Made by a program: the position numbers and the translations under genes. A DNA stretch of 64,000 bases from the NCBI GenBank assembly GCA_019747315.1, contig JAIEQY010000227.1, forward strand, positions 25,953-89,952. The letters run 5' to 3'. Positions 37,632 to 45,910 of this stretch are shown here, one piece after another; the first letter of the stretch is position 1; each line of letters opens with the position of its first letter. Origin of the DNA: Roseococcus sp. Its GTDB lineage: Bacteria > Pseudomonadota > Alphaproteobacteria > Acetobacterales > Acetobacteraceae. Below the pieces are notes generated by a model. That model did no database searches. It was not told where the DNA came from and saw only the letters and a list, made by a program, of their open reading frames with translations.

Positions 37632-38605
37632 TGACGCCCCGCCAGATTGACCGCGCGGTGAACGCCGCCCTCGGCCGGATCCTGCCGCCCATGCTGCAGC
37701 AGCTGCGCGATGACCTGGTGGCCGAGCTGCGCCAGCACCTGCCCGCGCGCGATGCCGCGCCAACCCCGGCCGAGCAGGCGGAGCTGGTCGCCAAGCTGGT
37801 CGAGGCCGCCGAGCGCTGCGAAGTTGTGGTTCCCGGGGCCGCGCCGATGGCGGCGACGCCGGCGCCCGCCGAGGCCGCAGTGGCGCCATCCTTCGCGGAG
37901 ATGTTCGAAGCCGCCGAGCGCTGCGAAGGCGTGGTGCCCGAAGCGGCGCCGCAGGAGCCAGCGCCGGACCCGGCTTGGTTCCGTGGCGCAGGCCATGGCC
38001 GGCGATTGACCGAGGAAGGCTTCGCCCAGCTGCGCGCCATGCTGGACCGGAAGCTGCCGGTGAAGCAGATCGCCCGCATCCTGGGCATGAGCCCGTCCTC
38101 CGCTAGCCGCCAGATGAAGATCCTGGCGAGCGCAGCAAAAGCGTTGTCCACCGCCGATCAATCCGGGGTGAACCCCGAGGAGGCTCAGCCTGCGCCGGAA
38201 GTTCTCGGCGTGGACTTGGCCGCTGGCCCAGATGTGCAGGTGGTGGCACCCGTGCCGGTGCCCGCAGCGCCGGAGGCGCCTGCGCTGATCCTGCCTCCGC
38301 CGCCGCCCGCCATCGTGATGCCGGCGCCGGCCGCGCCGGCCAGGCTGATCCTGCCGGCCGCCCCGCCGCCGCCGCCCAGGCCGAAGTCCACGCCCCAGGT
38401 CATCACCACCACGCCCAAGGATGTCCGCGTCTGGCTGATCGCCAGCATGAAGGCGGGCGGGCTGACCCTGGTGCAGGCCGAGGACCGCGTGGGCTTCATG
38501 ACGCATGACCAGGCGCTGGCCGAGGCCAATCTCCGCCGCGCCCGCGCCGGCCACCCGCCCTTCGCCTTCATCGGCGCCCAACGGCGAGAGAGCAGCGCGG
38601 CATGA
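37628..38605 (+). CDS. HTH-containing Pro/Ala-rich protein with internal duplication
   Basis: VKQIARILGMSPSSASRQ HTH; EAAERCE.VVP.AAP repeated. Confidence 0.65.
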   Translation: MMTPRQIDRAVNAALGRILPPMLQQLRDDLVAELRQHLPARDAAPTPAEQAELVAKLVEAAERCEVVVPGAAPMAATPAPAEAAVAPSFAEMFEAAERCEGVVPEAAPQEPAPDPAWFRGAGHGRRLTEEGFAQLRAMLDRKLPVKQIARILGMSPSSASRQMKILASAAKALSTADQSGVNPEEAQPAPEVLGVDLAAGPDVQVVAPVPVPAAPEAPALILPPPPPAIVMPAPAAPARLILPAAPPPPPRPKSTPQVITTTPKDVRVWLIASMKAGGLTLVQAEDRVGFMTHDQALAEANLRRARAGHPPFAFIGAQRRESSAA

Positions 38606-39147
38606 CGCGCCAGCCCGCCATGTTCCCCGGCAAGGCCGGCCTGCCCCGCGCGCTCGAGCGCGATTTCGCCCGCTTCTGGGCCGCCTATCCCGAGCGCCGC
38701 CCGAACCCGCGCGCCGTGGCCGAGAAGGAGTTCGCCCGCACTATCAAGGCCGGCGCCGCCGCCGATGACCTGGCGCTGGCCGCCGGCGGCTACGCGGCCG
38801 AGGTGAAGCGCCTGGGCACGGCGAATGACTTCATCGTCCACGCCGCCACCTTCCTCCGCCAGGCCCGCTGGCGGGACTATCTGGCGCCCGTGCTGGCTGC
38901 CCCCATCGGCGCTGCACCTGCCGAGCCGGACCACACCCTCTGGCCCGCGATGAAGCCGCACATGGACGCCGCCACCTTCATGGCGTGGTTCGGCCGCTGC
39001 CAGGTGGTCGAGATGAACGGCCAGATGGTGCTGCTGACCCAGCATCGGATCGTCGCCGCCCGCATCCGCGAGGATTTCCTGCCCCTGCTGCGCCAGGCCT
39101 TCCCGGGCCGGCCCATCACCGTCCACTTCCAGGAGCACAGCCGATGA
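38602..39147 (+). CDS. Replication-initiator-like C-terminal domain fused to DnaA domain I-like module
   Basis: F..FWAAYP.R, FI.HAATFL...RW.D, then W......D..TF.AWF...........IVAARI..DF. Confidence 0.6.
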   Translation: MTRQPAMFPGKAGLPRALERDFARFWAAYPERRPNPRAVAEKEFARTIKAGAAADDLALAAGGYAAEVKRLGTANDFIVHAATFLRQARWRDYLAPVLAAPIGAAPAEPDHTLWPAMKPHMDAATFMAWFGRCQVVEMNGQMVLLTQHRIVAARIREDFLPLLRQAFPGRPITVHFQEHSR

Positions 39148-39596
39148 GCGCACGCACCGCCATGCTGGCGAAGATCCATTTGGCCAGGAAGCAGCTGGCC
39201 CTGACGGAGGAGAGCTATCGCGACATCCTCCGCCGGATCACGGGGCAGGAGAGTGCCTCGGCCCTCGCGGAGCCGCAGATGGACCGCGTGCTGAAGGAAT
39301 TCGGCCGCCTGGGCTGGAAGCCGCGGCCCGGCCGCACCGGCACCAGCAAGCACGCGCAGATCCGCATGATCCACGCCGTCTGGAAGGACCTGGTGGCGCT
39401 GGGCGCCGTGGACGCCGAGGACCAGGCCGCCGCCCTGCGCAGCTTCGTCCAGCGCCAGACGAAGACGCTGGCGAACCCCGGGGGCGTGAGCGCGCCGGAG
39501 TTCCTGGACAGCCACGGCGCGAACAAGGTGCTGGAGGGGCTGAAGGCCTGGCTGCGCCGGGTGCGGCGAGCGGAGAGCGAGAGGGACGTGGCGTGA
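39144..39596 (+). CDS. gemA: GemA (Mu gp16, DUF1018) regulatory protein
   Basis: LAKIHLA.KQL.L.EE.YR.IL..ITG..S, I.A.W, L.SFV.RQ, VLE.LK.W..R. Confidence 0.9.
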   Translation: MSARTAMLAKIHLARKQLALTEESYRDILRRITGQESASALAEPQMDRVLKEFGRLGWKPRPGRTGTSKHAQIRMIHAVWKDLVALGAVDAEDQAAALRSFVQRQTKTLANPGGVSAPEFLDSHGANKVLEGLKAWLRRVRRAESERDVA

Positions 39597-39763
39597 TGCT
39601 CCCCCCCGGAGGTTACCTCCTCGCTGCGCTGTTCGCGTCCCAGCAGCTCGATGAGCCCGGCTACCGGCGCAAGCCTCCGGCACGGCCGAAGCGGCGGAAC
39701 CCGAAGCGCCAGGCCCAGAAGGCGCAGCGCATCGCCCGCAAGAAGAGCCGGAGGAGCGTGTGA
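39596..39763 (+). CDS. Small highly basic protein (55 aa)
   Basis: TGATG-coupled at both ends; 16 Lys/Arg in the C-terminal part. Confidence 0.55.
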   Translation: MLPPGGYLLAALFASQQLDEPGYRRKPPARPKRRNPKRQAQKAQRIARKKSRRSV

Positions 39764-40014
39764 TGGCTGCTCCGAAGCATGATCGCGCCGCCCCGGGCCG
39801 CGCCGGCAAGATCATCATGGCCAGCCTGACCGAGCAGGTGATCGGCCTGCTGCGGGAGGCGCCCCAGCTGCCCACAAAGGATGCCCGGTGGCTGGACGGC
39901 GACTTCGCCATGCCTTCGGGCGGCCGGGTGCGCATCAGCATCATGCTGAACGTGGACCTGCCGGAGGAGCCGGCCCAGCCGCGCCGGCCGCTCATGATCG
40001 AAGGGCCGAAGTGA
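39763..40014 (+). CDS. Hypothetical protein
   Basis: GGAG RBS, coupled ORF. Confidence 0.6.
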   Translation: MAAPKHDRAAPGRAGKIIMASLTEQVIGLLREAPQLPTKDARWLDGDFAMPSGGRVRISIMLNVDLPEEPAQPRRPLMIEGPK

Positions 40015-40208
40015 TGGCTTGGACCCTTGAAGCACAAATCGCATGCGTCGAGCGCGAGTTGAAGATGCGCCTCCGCGTCTACCCTCGATGGGTTGAAGCC
40101 GGGCGCATTTCGCAGGCGAAGGCGGACGCGGAGATCTCCACGATGGAGGCGGTGCTCGCCACCCTCCAGGCGAGCCGTCCTGCGCCCCCGCAGGGGAGCA
40201 TGCTCTGA
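40014..40208 (+). CDS. Conserved small phage protein
   Basis: QIAC.EREL.MR.RVYPRWV..G.I....A..EI..ME pattern. Confidence 0.7.
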   Translation: MAWTLEAQIACVERELKMRLRVYPRWVEAGRISQAKADAEISTMEAVLATLQASRPAPPQGSML

Positions 40209-40702
40209 TGGTCGCCTACAGCTTCCAGAAGCGCTTCATCGGCCAGGTGCTGGCGGGGCTGGAGCCGGGCCCCTGGTTGCCCGGCATGAAGCGCCACACC
40301 CTGCGCGCCCCGCGTGAGGGCCGCAGCCAGCACGCCCGGCCCGAGCAGCCGGTGCACCTCTACACCGCCATGCGGACCAAGCAGTGCCGCCAGCTCGGGC
40401 GCAGTGTGTGCCGCCTGCAGATGCCGGTGCGGCTCGTCTGGGATGGCGCCAGCCTGGGCATTGCTCGCAATGAAGGTGCGGCACCGCGCAGCCGGGTCGG
40501 TGACCTTGCGCCCGTGGTGCAGCACCTGCTGAGCAACCCGCCGCTGGTCTGCTTTTCTGGCGAGTTTATGGAGCGGTTCGCCCGCACCGATGGCTTCCAA
40601 GATGCGGCCGAGATGACGGCCTTCTTTGAGCCGCCCGCGGGTCAGGAGGCCGTCGCGCTGGAGATGGTCCTCATCGCCTGGTCGCCCGAGGTGGCGGAAT
40701 GA
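40208..40702 (+). CDS. ASCH-like domain protein
   Basis: AYSF..RF, K.HT.R, LYT.MRTKQCR, FAR.DGF. Confidence 0.65.
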   Translation: MVAYSFQKRFIGQVLAGLEPGPWLPGMKRHTLRAPREGRSQHARPEQPVHLYTAMRTKQCRQLGRSVCRLQMPVRLVWDGASLGIARNEGAAPRSRVGDLAPVVQHLLSNPPLVCFSGEFMERFARTDGFQDAAEMTAFFEPPAGQEAVALEMVLIAWSPEVAE

Positions 40703-40884
40703 GCCCGGAGGCGCAGGCGCGCATCGCGCGGGTGGCCGAGGAGATTTGGCGCGTGGCCTCCGCACCTGGTGCAGCGAAGGATCAGGCCAAGCGCGCCCAG
40801 ACCCTGGCCTATGCCAAGGGCATGCTGGAAACGACGGTCGAGGGCGAGGTCCAGCGCCGCGTCGGCGAGCTGGGCCTGGGCTGA
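40699..40884 (+). CDS. Hypothetical protein
   Basis: ATGA-coupled ORF with GAGG RBS. Confidence 0.55.
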   Translation: MSPEAQARIARVAEEIWRVASAPGAAKDQAKRAQTLAYAKGMLETTVEGEVQRRVGELGLG

Positions 40885-40979
40885 TGTGCGTGCGCCCGGG
40901 CCGCCTCCGCTGGATCAGGTTGCGCCGCCGGCATGCCCTGCGCCAGCGCCTGGCCCGGCTGCGCGGGTGGTGGGCGTGA
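40884..40979 (+). CDS. Possible cationic peptide (31 aa)
   Basis: TGATG-coupled; 11 Arg, 3 Trp, no acidic residue. Confidence 0.35.
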   Translation: MCVRPGRLRWIRLRRRHALRQRLARLRGWWA

Positions 40980-40981
40980 TG

Positions 40982-41566
40982 TCAGCGGGGGAACATCTCA
41001 GTCTCTGCGATGCCGCGGCAACCGACATTCTGGCCGGACGTGACCAGCACCGTGCTGCTGAAAATGCCGGGATCAACCTGAACCACGCTGGTGTTGTTCG
41101 GCACAATGCAGGCGATCAGCGGCATCATCAGTTGCGGTTGGGTGCGATGCACACCTGCATTGATGAGGCGCGACGCCTCCCGGAGGGCAGTCGTATCGCG
41201 CCAGATGAACACCATCTCGGCGTCGGGGTTGGCGACGCGGTTGGTGACGCGGGGTGGGAGCGGCGGCGGCGCCGGCGGCCGTTGCGGCGCGGGTGCCGCG
41301 GCAGCCTGTGGAGCAGCTTGGGTGGTGGGAGGACTTCCTGGGGGCTGCGCTGCCTGAGCAACAGCGTCGGCGCGCGGTGCGGGGGCAGCAGCTACGGGTT
41401 CGGATTTGGGCACTGTCACTGCAAGGCCGAAGAACCCACCAACGAAGAGCGCAATTCCAAAGAGCGCGGCGTTCTTACGGCTCCCGCCAGCCAAGCTCGG
41501 CTTTATCAAGCCGACGACGAAAAACGTGATGCCGGCGAACATGACGAACAGCATGACGTAGGGCAC
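40982..41566 (-). CDS. Antisense moron-like membrane protein
   Basis: GGAGAG RBS + GTG; two hydrophobic helices, Pro/Ala linker, C-terminal domain with two Cys. Confidence 0.75.
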   Translation of the reverse strand: MPYVMLFVMFAGITFFVVGLIKPSLAGGSRKNAALFGIALFVGGFFGLAVTVPKSEPVAAAPAPRADAVAQAAQPPGSPPTTQAAPQAAAAPAPQRPPAPPPLPPRVTNRVANPDAEMVFIWRDTTALREASRLINAGVHRTQPQLMMPLIACIVPNNTSVVQVDPGIFSSTVLVTSGQNVGCRGIAETEMFPR

Positions 41567-41655
41567 GAATTCTCTCCATCTGTGGCGTGCCACATGATGG
41601 CGCATAGGCTCCCGTCGAAATCAAGAGGCTTGGCCAGCGGCTGGTCGCGTGAAAC

Positions 41656-41690
41656 CGCGAAGGGGCGGCAATGTCTTGCCGCCCCTCGCG
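41656..41690. promoter_or_regulatory. Strong hairpin upstream of Mor-like gene
   Basis: AGGGGCGGCAA-TGTC-TTGCCGCCCCT extended by CGCG pairs. Confidence 0.5.
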
Positions 41691-41703
41691 CCGGAGATCG
41701 GGC

Positions 41704-42072
41704 ATGACACCCGATCTCCCCCCGCCCCCCGCCGAACTCGCCCGCTTCTCGGCCCACCTCACGCCGGCCGAGCTGCTGGCGCTGATCAACGCGCTGGGCG
41801 GTACGCGCGTCTATTTCGCCGCCACGCCGGATACGGAGGGTGAGCTGGCCCGCGCCATCGGCCTGGATGCCGCCCGCCGCCTGGGCCAGGCCTTGGCCGG
41901 CTCGCTTCTCACCATCCCGCTGGCCCGCCACTGGCGCATCCGCATCCTGCGGGAGGTGGAGGGCCTGACCTACCGGCAGATCGCCCAGCGCCTGGGCATG
42001 ACGGAGAACGCCGTCTGGCGCCACCTGGATTCGGCGCGGCTGACGCATCTTCAGCGGGATCTCTTCCAGTAG
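41704..42072 (+). CDS. Mor/C-like late transcription activator
   Basis: L.LI...GGTRVY, IG.DAA..L, C-terminal HTH TYRQIAQRLGMTENAVWRHL; precedes lysis genes. Confidence 0.85.
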   Translation: MTPDLPPPPAELARFSAHLTPAELLALINALGGTRVYFAATPDTEGELARAIGLDAARRLGQALAGSLLTIPLARHWRIRILREVEGLTYRQIAQRLGMTENAVWRHLDSARLTHLQRDLFQ

Positions 42073-42076
42073 CCTA

Positions 42077-42131
42077 GCCTGCGGGTGCAGGCATGAACAT
42101 CGCCCCGCGCGCGCGCGATGGTGCGCCTCCA
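42077..42131 (+). promoter_or_regulatory. Late promoter 1 (lysis operon)
   Basis: Dyad GCCTGC-N4-GCAGGC followed by ATGAACA..CCCCGCGCGCG.GCGA, repeated at 49434. Confidence 0.8.
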
Positions 42132-42146
42132 TCCTGGAGGCCCCCG

Positions 42147-42605
42147 ATGTCCACCCCGAAGAGGTTGCCGCGCGGCATCCGCAATCACAACCCGGGCAAC
42201 ATCCTGCGCGCCGGCCAGAACTGGCAGGGCCTCTCGCCCGATCAGCCGGATGGCGAGTTCTGCAAGTTCATCGCCCCGGAATGGGGCCTGCGCGCGCTGA
42301 TCCTGGTGCTGCACGCCTATCGGCGCCGCGGCATCGTCACGGTCCAGGACATCATCCGCACCTATTGCCCGCCCACCCACACCTTCCCCGATGGCCGCAC
42401 CGTCCAGCAGGACACGGCGGCTTATGTGCGCTTCGTCGCCGGCCGCCTGGGCGTGCCCGAGGACGCGACCATCAACGTCACCAGCCGCGTCGTGCTGCGC
42501 CTGCTGCTGCCCGCCATCGTGACCAAGGAAAACGGCCAGCAGCCCTATCCGGCCGCCACCTTCGAAACCGCCATGGACCTCGCAAAGGTCGCCAAGGAGC
42601 CCTGA
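42147..42605 (+). CDS. Putative endolysin (lysozyme-like)
   Basis: PRGIRNHNPGNI, F..PEWG.RA, T...II..Y.P, T.AY...VA, ENG; GGAGG RBS. Confidence 0.8.
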   Translation: MSTPKRLPRGIRNHNPGNILRAGQNWQGLSPDQPDGEFCKFIAPEWGLRALILVLHAYRRRGIVTVQDIIRTYCPPTHTFPDGRTVQQDTAAYVRFVAGRLGVPEDATINVTSRVVLRLLLPAIVTKENGQQPYPAATFETAMDLAKVAKEP

Positions 42606-42606
42606 C

Positions 42607-42978
42607 ATGCAAGCCTTCCTGGAAGCTCTTCTCCAGCTCGTCGCCGCCGGCGTGCTGGTTCTCGGTGGCTACGCCATCCAGCGCCTCTCCGCCTGGCTGA
42701 AGCTGCGCGAGGACAGCGAGGTCCGCGCCTATCTGAATGACGCGCTGAACCGCGCGGTGGATCTGGCGATGACCGAGGCTCGGTCCAGGATCGCCCCTCG
42801 CATCGCGCCGCTCGGGCCGGTGCCGGATGAGCTGGTGGCCAAGGCCGTCGCCTATGCCCGGGACCGCGTGCCGGATGCGCTGGCACGCTTCCAGATTGAT
42901 GACGTCTCGCTCCAGGACATGCTGCGCTCGCGCATTTCCTCCCGCGCCTTGAACGCCCTCGGCCATGCGGCGGGCTGA
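42607..42978 (+). CDS. Putative holin-like protein
   Basis: Single N-terminal TM, A..Y....VPDAL.RF; follows lysin. Confidence 0.6.
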   Translation: MQAFLEALLQLVAAGVLVLGGYAIQRLSAWLKLREDSEVRAYLNDALNRAVDLAMTEARSRIAPRIAPLGPVPDELVAKAVAYARDRVPDALARFQIDDVSLQDMLRSRISSRALNALGHAAG

Positions 42979-42982
42979 TCCG

Positions 42983-43321
42983 ATGTTGCAGGATATCGGC
43001 TGGCGGGACGTCGCCGGGCTGCTGGCCAGCGCGACCATCATGTCGGGCATCGTCATCACCTGGGTGAAGTATCGCCTGGCCGGCGATTTCGCCTCGAAGT
43101 CGGACATCGCCGACATGTCCCGCCGGATGGAAGCTGTGGAGGTGCAGATGCGCCAATCCCCCACCCATGCCGACATGTCGAAGCTCTCCGAGCGCCTCTC
43201 CATCGTCGAGCGTGGCGTGGCGGTGGGCAATGCCGAACTGGGCGGCCTGCGCGACGGCATGGCCCGCATCGAGCGGGACCTGAACCTGCTGGTGCAGCAC
43301 CACATCAAGACGGGCAGCTAA
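42983..43321 (+). CDS. DUF2730 / Mu gp25-like protein
   Basis: N-terminal TM, R...VE.....PT..D...L, coiled coil. Confidence 0.7.
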   Translation: MLQDIGWRDVAGLLASATIMSGIVITWVKYRLAGDFASKSDIADMSRRMEAVEVQMRQSPTHADMSKLSERLSIVERGVAVGNAELGGLRDGMARIERDLNLLVQHHIKTGS

Positions 43322-43659
43322 TGACCAAAACCTTCGCCGAACGCCTGGCCGAAGACCGCCGCGGCGCCATCCTGCGCATCCTCGGCACGGTCGAGGGCCA
43401 CGCCCTGAACGAGGATCTGCTGACACGCGAACTGCTGCGCCAGCGCTTCGGCCAGGTGACGCGCGATGACATGCGCGGCCTGCTGGCCTGGCTGGAGCGG
43501 CAGGCCCTGGTCGAGATCGAGCGCCTGCCCGGCGGCGGAGCCGCCCTCGGCAACTCAGGCGGCCCTGCCGCCGGTGACCTCTGGGCCGTGACGGCCAGCC
43601 GCGCCGGGCGTGATGTTGCGCGCGGCGCCGAGCACCCCGGCATCGCGCAGCCCCTCTGA
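43321..43659 (+). CDS. Mu gp26-like winged-helix protein
   Basis: EDRR..ILR.L, N...L, L.WLE.Q.LV, G.DVA.G....PGI. Confidence 0.8.
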   Translation: MTKTFAERLAEDRRGAILRILGTVEGHALNEDLLTRELLRQRFGQVTRDDMRGLLAWLERQALVEIERLPGGGAALGNSGGPAAGDLWAVTASRAGRDVARGAEHPGIAQPL

Positions 43660-44195
43660 TGGCCAGCCGCCCCAGCAGCATTGACCGCCTGCCCGCCGAG
43701 ATCCGCGAGGCCATCGGCCGGCTGCGGGAGCATGGGAAATCGCTGGACGAGATCCTCGACCACCTCCGCACGCTGGAGATTGACGTCTCCCGCTCTGCCC
43801 TCGGCCGCCACGTCAAGGGCATGGCCGCGATGGGCGAGCGTCTGCGCCGCAGCCGCGCCATGGCCGAGGGCCTGGCCCGCCAGCTGGGCGAGACACCGGG
43901 CGACAAGATGGCGCGGCTCAACATCGAGCTGCTGCACAGCGTGGTGAATGACCTGCTGGCCGCCGGCGATGAGGAGGAGGCCGGCGCGCTGGACGCCAAG
44001 GGCGCCACCATGCTGGCCACCGCCATCGAGCGCCTGACCAAGGCCGCGCGGCAGGATCAGGACTTCGTGCTGAAGCTGGAAGAACGCGTGAAGAAGGATG
44101 CCGCAAAGACCGTGGCCGCCGCAGGCCGCGATCAGGGCCTGACGGAGGAGACGATCAGCGCCATCACCAGCCGCATCCTGGGCATCGCGGCATGA
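43659..44195 (+). CDS. DUF3486 / Mu gp27 terminase small subunit
   Basis: R.SSID.LP.EIR, SRSALGRH, GL..E....I...ILG. Confidence 0.85.
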   Translation: MASRPSSIDRLPAEIREAIGRLREHGKSLDEILDHLRTLEIDVSRSALGRHVKGMAAMGERLRRSRAMAEGLARQLGETPGDKMARLNIELLHSVVNDLLAAGDEEEAGALDAKGATMLATAIERLTKAARQDQDFVLKLEERVKKDAAKTVAAAGRDQGLTEETISAITSRILGIAA

Positions 44196-44275
44196 CGCCC
44201 GGCCCATTCACGGACTGGTTTGCTGCATTCCTCGCCGGCTTCGGCGCGGCCCTGATCCTTTGGGCATTGCACTGA
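44192..44275 (+). CDS. Tiny hydrophobic peptide (27 aa)
   Basis: MTPGPFTDWFAAFLAGFGAALILWALH; coupled to both terminase genes. Confidence 0.55.
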   Translation: MTPGPFTDWFAAFLAGFGAALILWALH

Positions 44276-45906
44276 TGCCTGACGCCATGCCCATCTCGGC
44301 CGAGGAATGGGCCAGGCTCCGGCAGGATGCGCTCGCGGCCCCGCCGCCCGATGTCACCCAGGATGGTGTGCTGCTGCCCTATCAGCGCGCGCTCGTCGCG
44401 GCGGTGAAGCAGCATGACGTGGTGGTCTATGAGAAGTCCCGCCGCATCGGCGCCACCTGGGGCATCGGCGCGCAAGCCTGCCTCTTCGCCGGCGCCCAGC
44501 GCCAGGCCGGCGGCATGGACACCATGTACATCGGCTACAACCTGGACATGGCGCGGGAGTTCGTCTCGGTCTGCGCCATGTGGGCCAAGGCCTTCAGCCT
44601 CGCCGCCGGTGAGGTGGGGGAGTTCCTCTTCGAGGATCAGGACCGCGAGGGCGAAAGCCGCCACATCCAGGCCTTCCGCATCGCCTTCGCCTCCGGCTTC
44701 GAGCTGGTCTGCCTTGCCTCCCGCCCGCGCTCGCTGCGTGGCCGGCAGGGCTTCGTCATCATTGATGAGGCGGCCTTCCATGATGACCTGGCCGCCGTGC
44801 TCAAGGCCGCACTGGCCTTCCTCATTTGGGGCGGCAAGGTGCTGCTCGTCTCCACCCATGATGGCGCCGAGAACCCCTTCAACGAGCTGATCCTCCGCAT
44901 TCGCGCGGGGCGCGAGCCCTATCACCTGCTGCGCACCGATTTCGATGAGGCGGTGGCGCAGGGCCTGTTCCAGCGCGTCTGCCTGGTGAAGGGCAACACC
45001 TGGTCCCCCGTGGCGGAGGCCGAGTGGCGCGCCCGCATCCGCGCCTTCTATGGCGATGGCGCGGCAGAGGAGCTGGACGTCATCCCCCGCGCCGGTGGTT
45101 CCCGGTACCTGACGCTGGCGCTGATCGAGGCCCGCGCGCGGCGGGACATTCCCGTGCTGCGCTTCGCCTGCGATGCCGCCTTCGTCCATCAGCCCGAACA
45201 CATCCAGGAGCGTGAGGTGACGCGCTGGTGCGAGGCCGAGCTGGGGCCCCGCCTGCGCCAGCTGAACCCGCTGCTGCGCTCGGCCCTCGGCGGCGATTTC
45301 GGCCGCTTCGTGGATCTCTCGGTCTTCTGGCCCGTGCAGGTGCTGCCCGATCTGCGGCGGGAGACGCCGTTTACGGTCGAGCTGCGCAACGTGCCCTTCG
45401 ACGCGCAGCGCATCATCCTGTTCTACATCCTGGACCGCCTGCCGCGCCTCTCGGCCGTGGCAATGGATGGCACCGGCAATGGCAGCTACCTGGCCGAGAA
45501 GGCGATGATGCGCTTCGGCGCCCACCGGGTGGAGGCGATCCATCTGAGCGAGGGCTGGTACCGCGACAACATGCCCAAGCTGAAGGCCGCCTTCGAGGAT
45601 GGCAGCTTCTCCATCCCGGCAGATGGCGGCACGGTCGAGGACTTCCAGCAGCTCACCCTGGTGCGCGGCGTGGCCCGCGTGCCGGACAAGCGCGTCGCCG
45701 CGAAAGGCGAGGAGAAGAACAAGGCCGGCGGCGAGCGCCACGGCGATGCCGCCATCGCCGGCGCCCTCGTCATTTACGCGGCGGGCCGGGACGTGGCGGA
45801 CAGCACGGCCGATGCCCTGCCGGCCATGCCCGCCGTGCCGCTGGGCGTGATGGATTACGTGGCGCTGAGCGGCCGCCTGCCCTCGACCTCTGACTTCTTC
45901 GGGTGA
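44275..45906 (+). CDS. Terminase large subunit (Mu gp28-like)
   Basis: LLPYQ, EKSRRIGATW, LRGRQG.VIIDEAAFH, STHDG..N.FN, RHGDAAIA. Confidence 0.95.
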   Translation: MPDAMPISAEEWARLRQDALAAPPPDVTQDGVLLPYQRALVAAVKQHDVVVYEKSRRIGATWGIGAQACLFAGAQRQAGGMDTMYIGYNLDMAREFVSVCAMWAKAFSLAAGEVGEFLFEDQDREGESRHIQAFRIAFASGFELVCLASRPRSLRGRQGFVIIDEAAFHDDLAAVLKAALAFLIWGGKVLLVSTHDGAENPFNELILRIRAGREPYHLLRTDFDEAVAQGLFQRVCLVKGNTWSPVAEAEWRARIRAFYGDGAAEELDVIPRAGGSRYLTLALIEARARRDIPVLRFACDAAFVHQPEHIQEREVTRWCEAELGPRLRQLNPLLRSALGGDFGRFVDLSVFWPVQVLPDLRRETPFTVELRNVPFDAQRIILFYILDRLPRLSAVAMDGTGNGSYLAEKAMMRFGAHRVEAIHLSEGWYRDNMPKLKAAFEDGSFSIPADGGTVEDFQQLTLVRGVARVPDKRVAAKGEEKNKAGGERHGDAAIAGALVIYAAGRDVADSTADALPAMPAVPLGVMDYVALSGRLPSTSDFFG

Positions 45907-45910
45907 TCCC

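Noticed and set aside
39601-39607. C7 run as a phase-variation tract
   Set aside because: Too short to stand out in DNA of this GC content; the frame is intact.
40769-41707. 312-aa plus-strand ORF bridging to the Mor-like gene
   Set aside because: Composition is not protein-like; the minus-strand membrane gene has the RBS and clear architecture.
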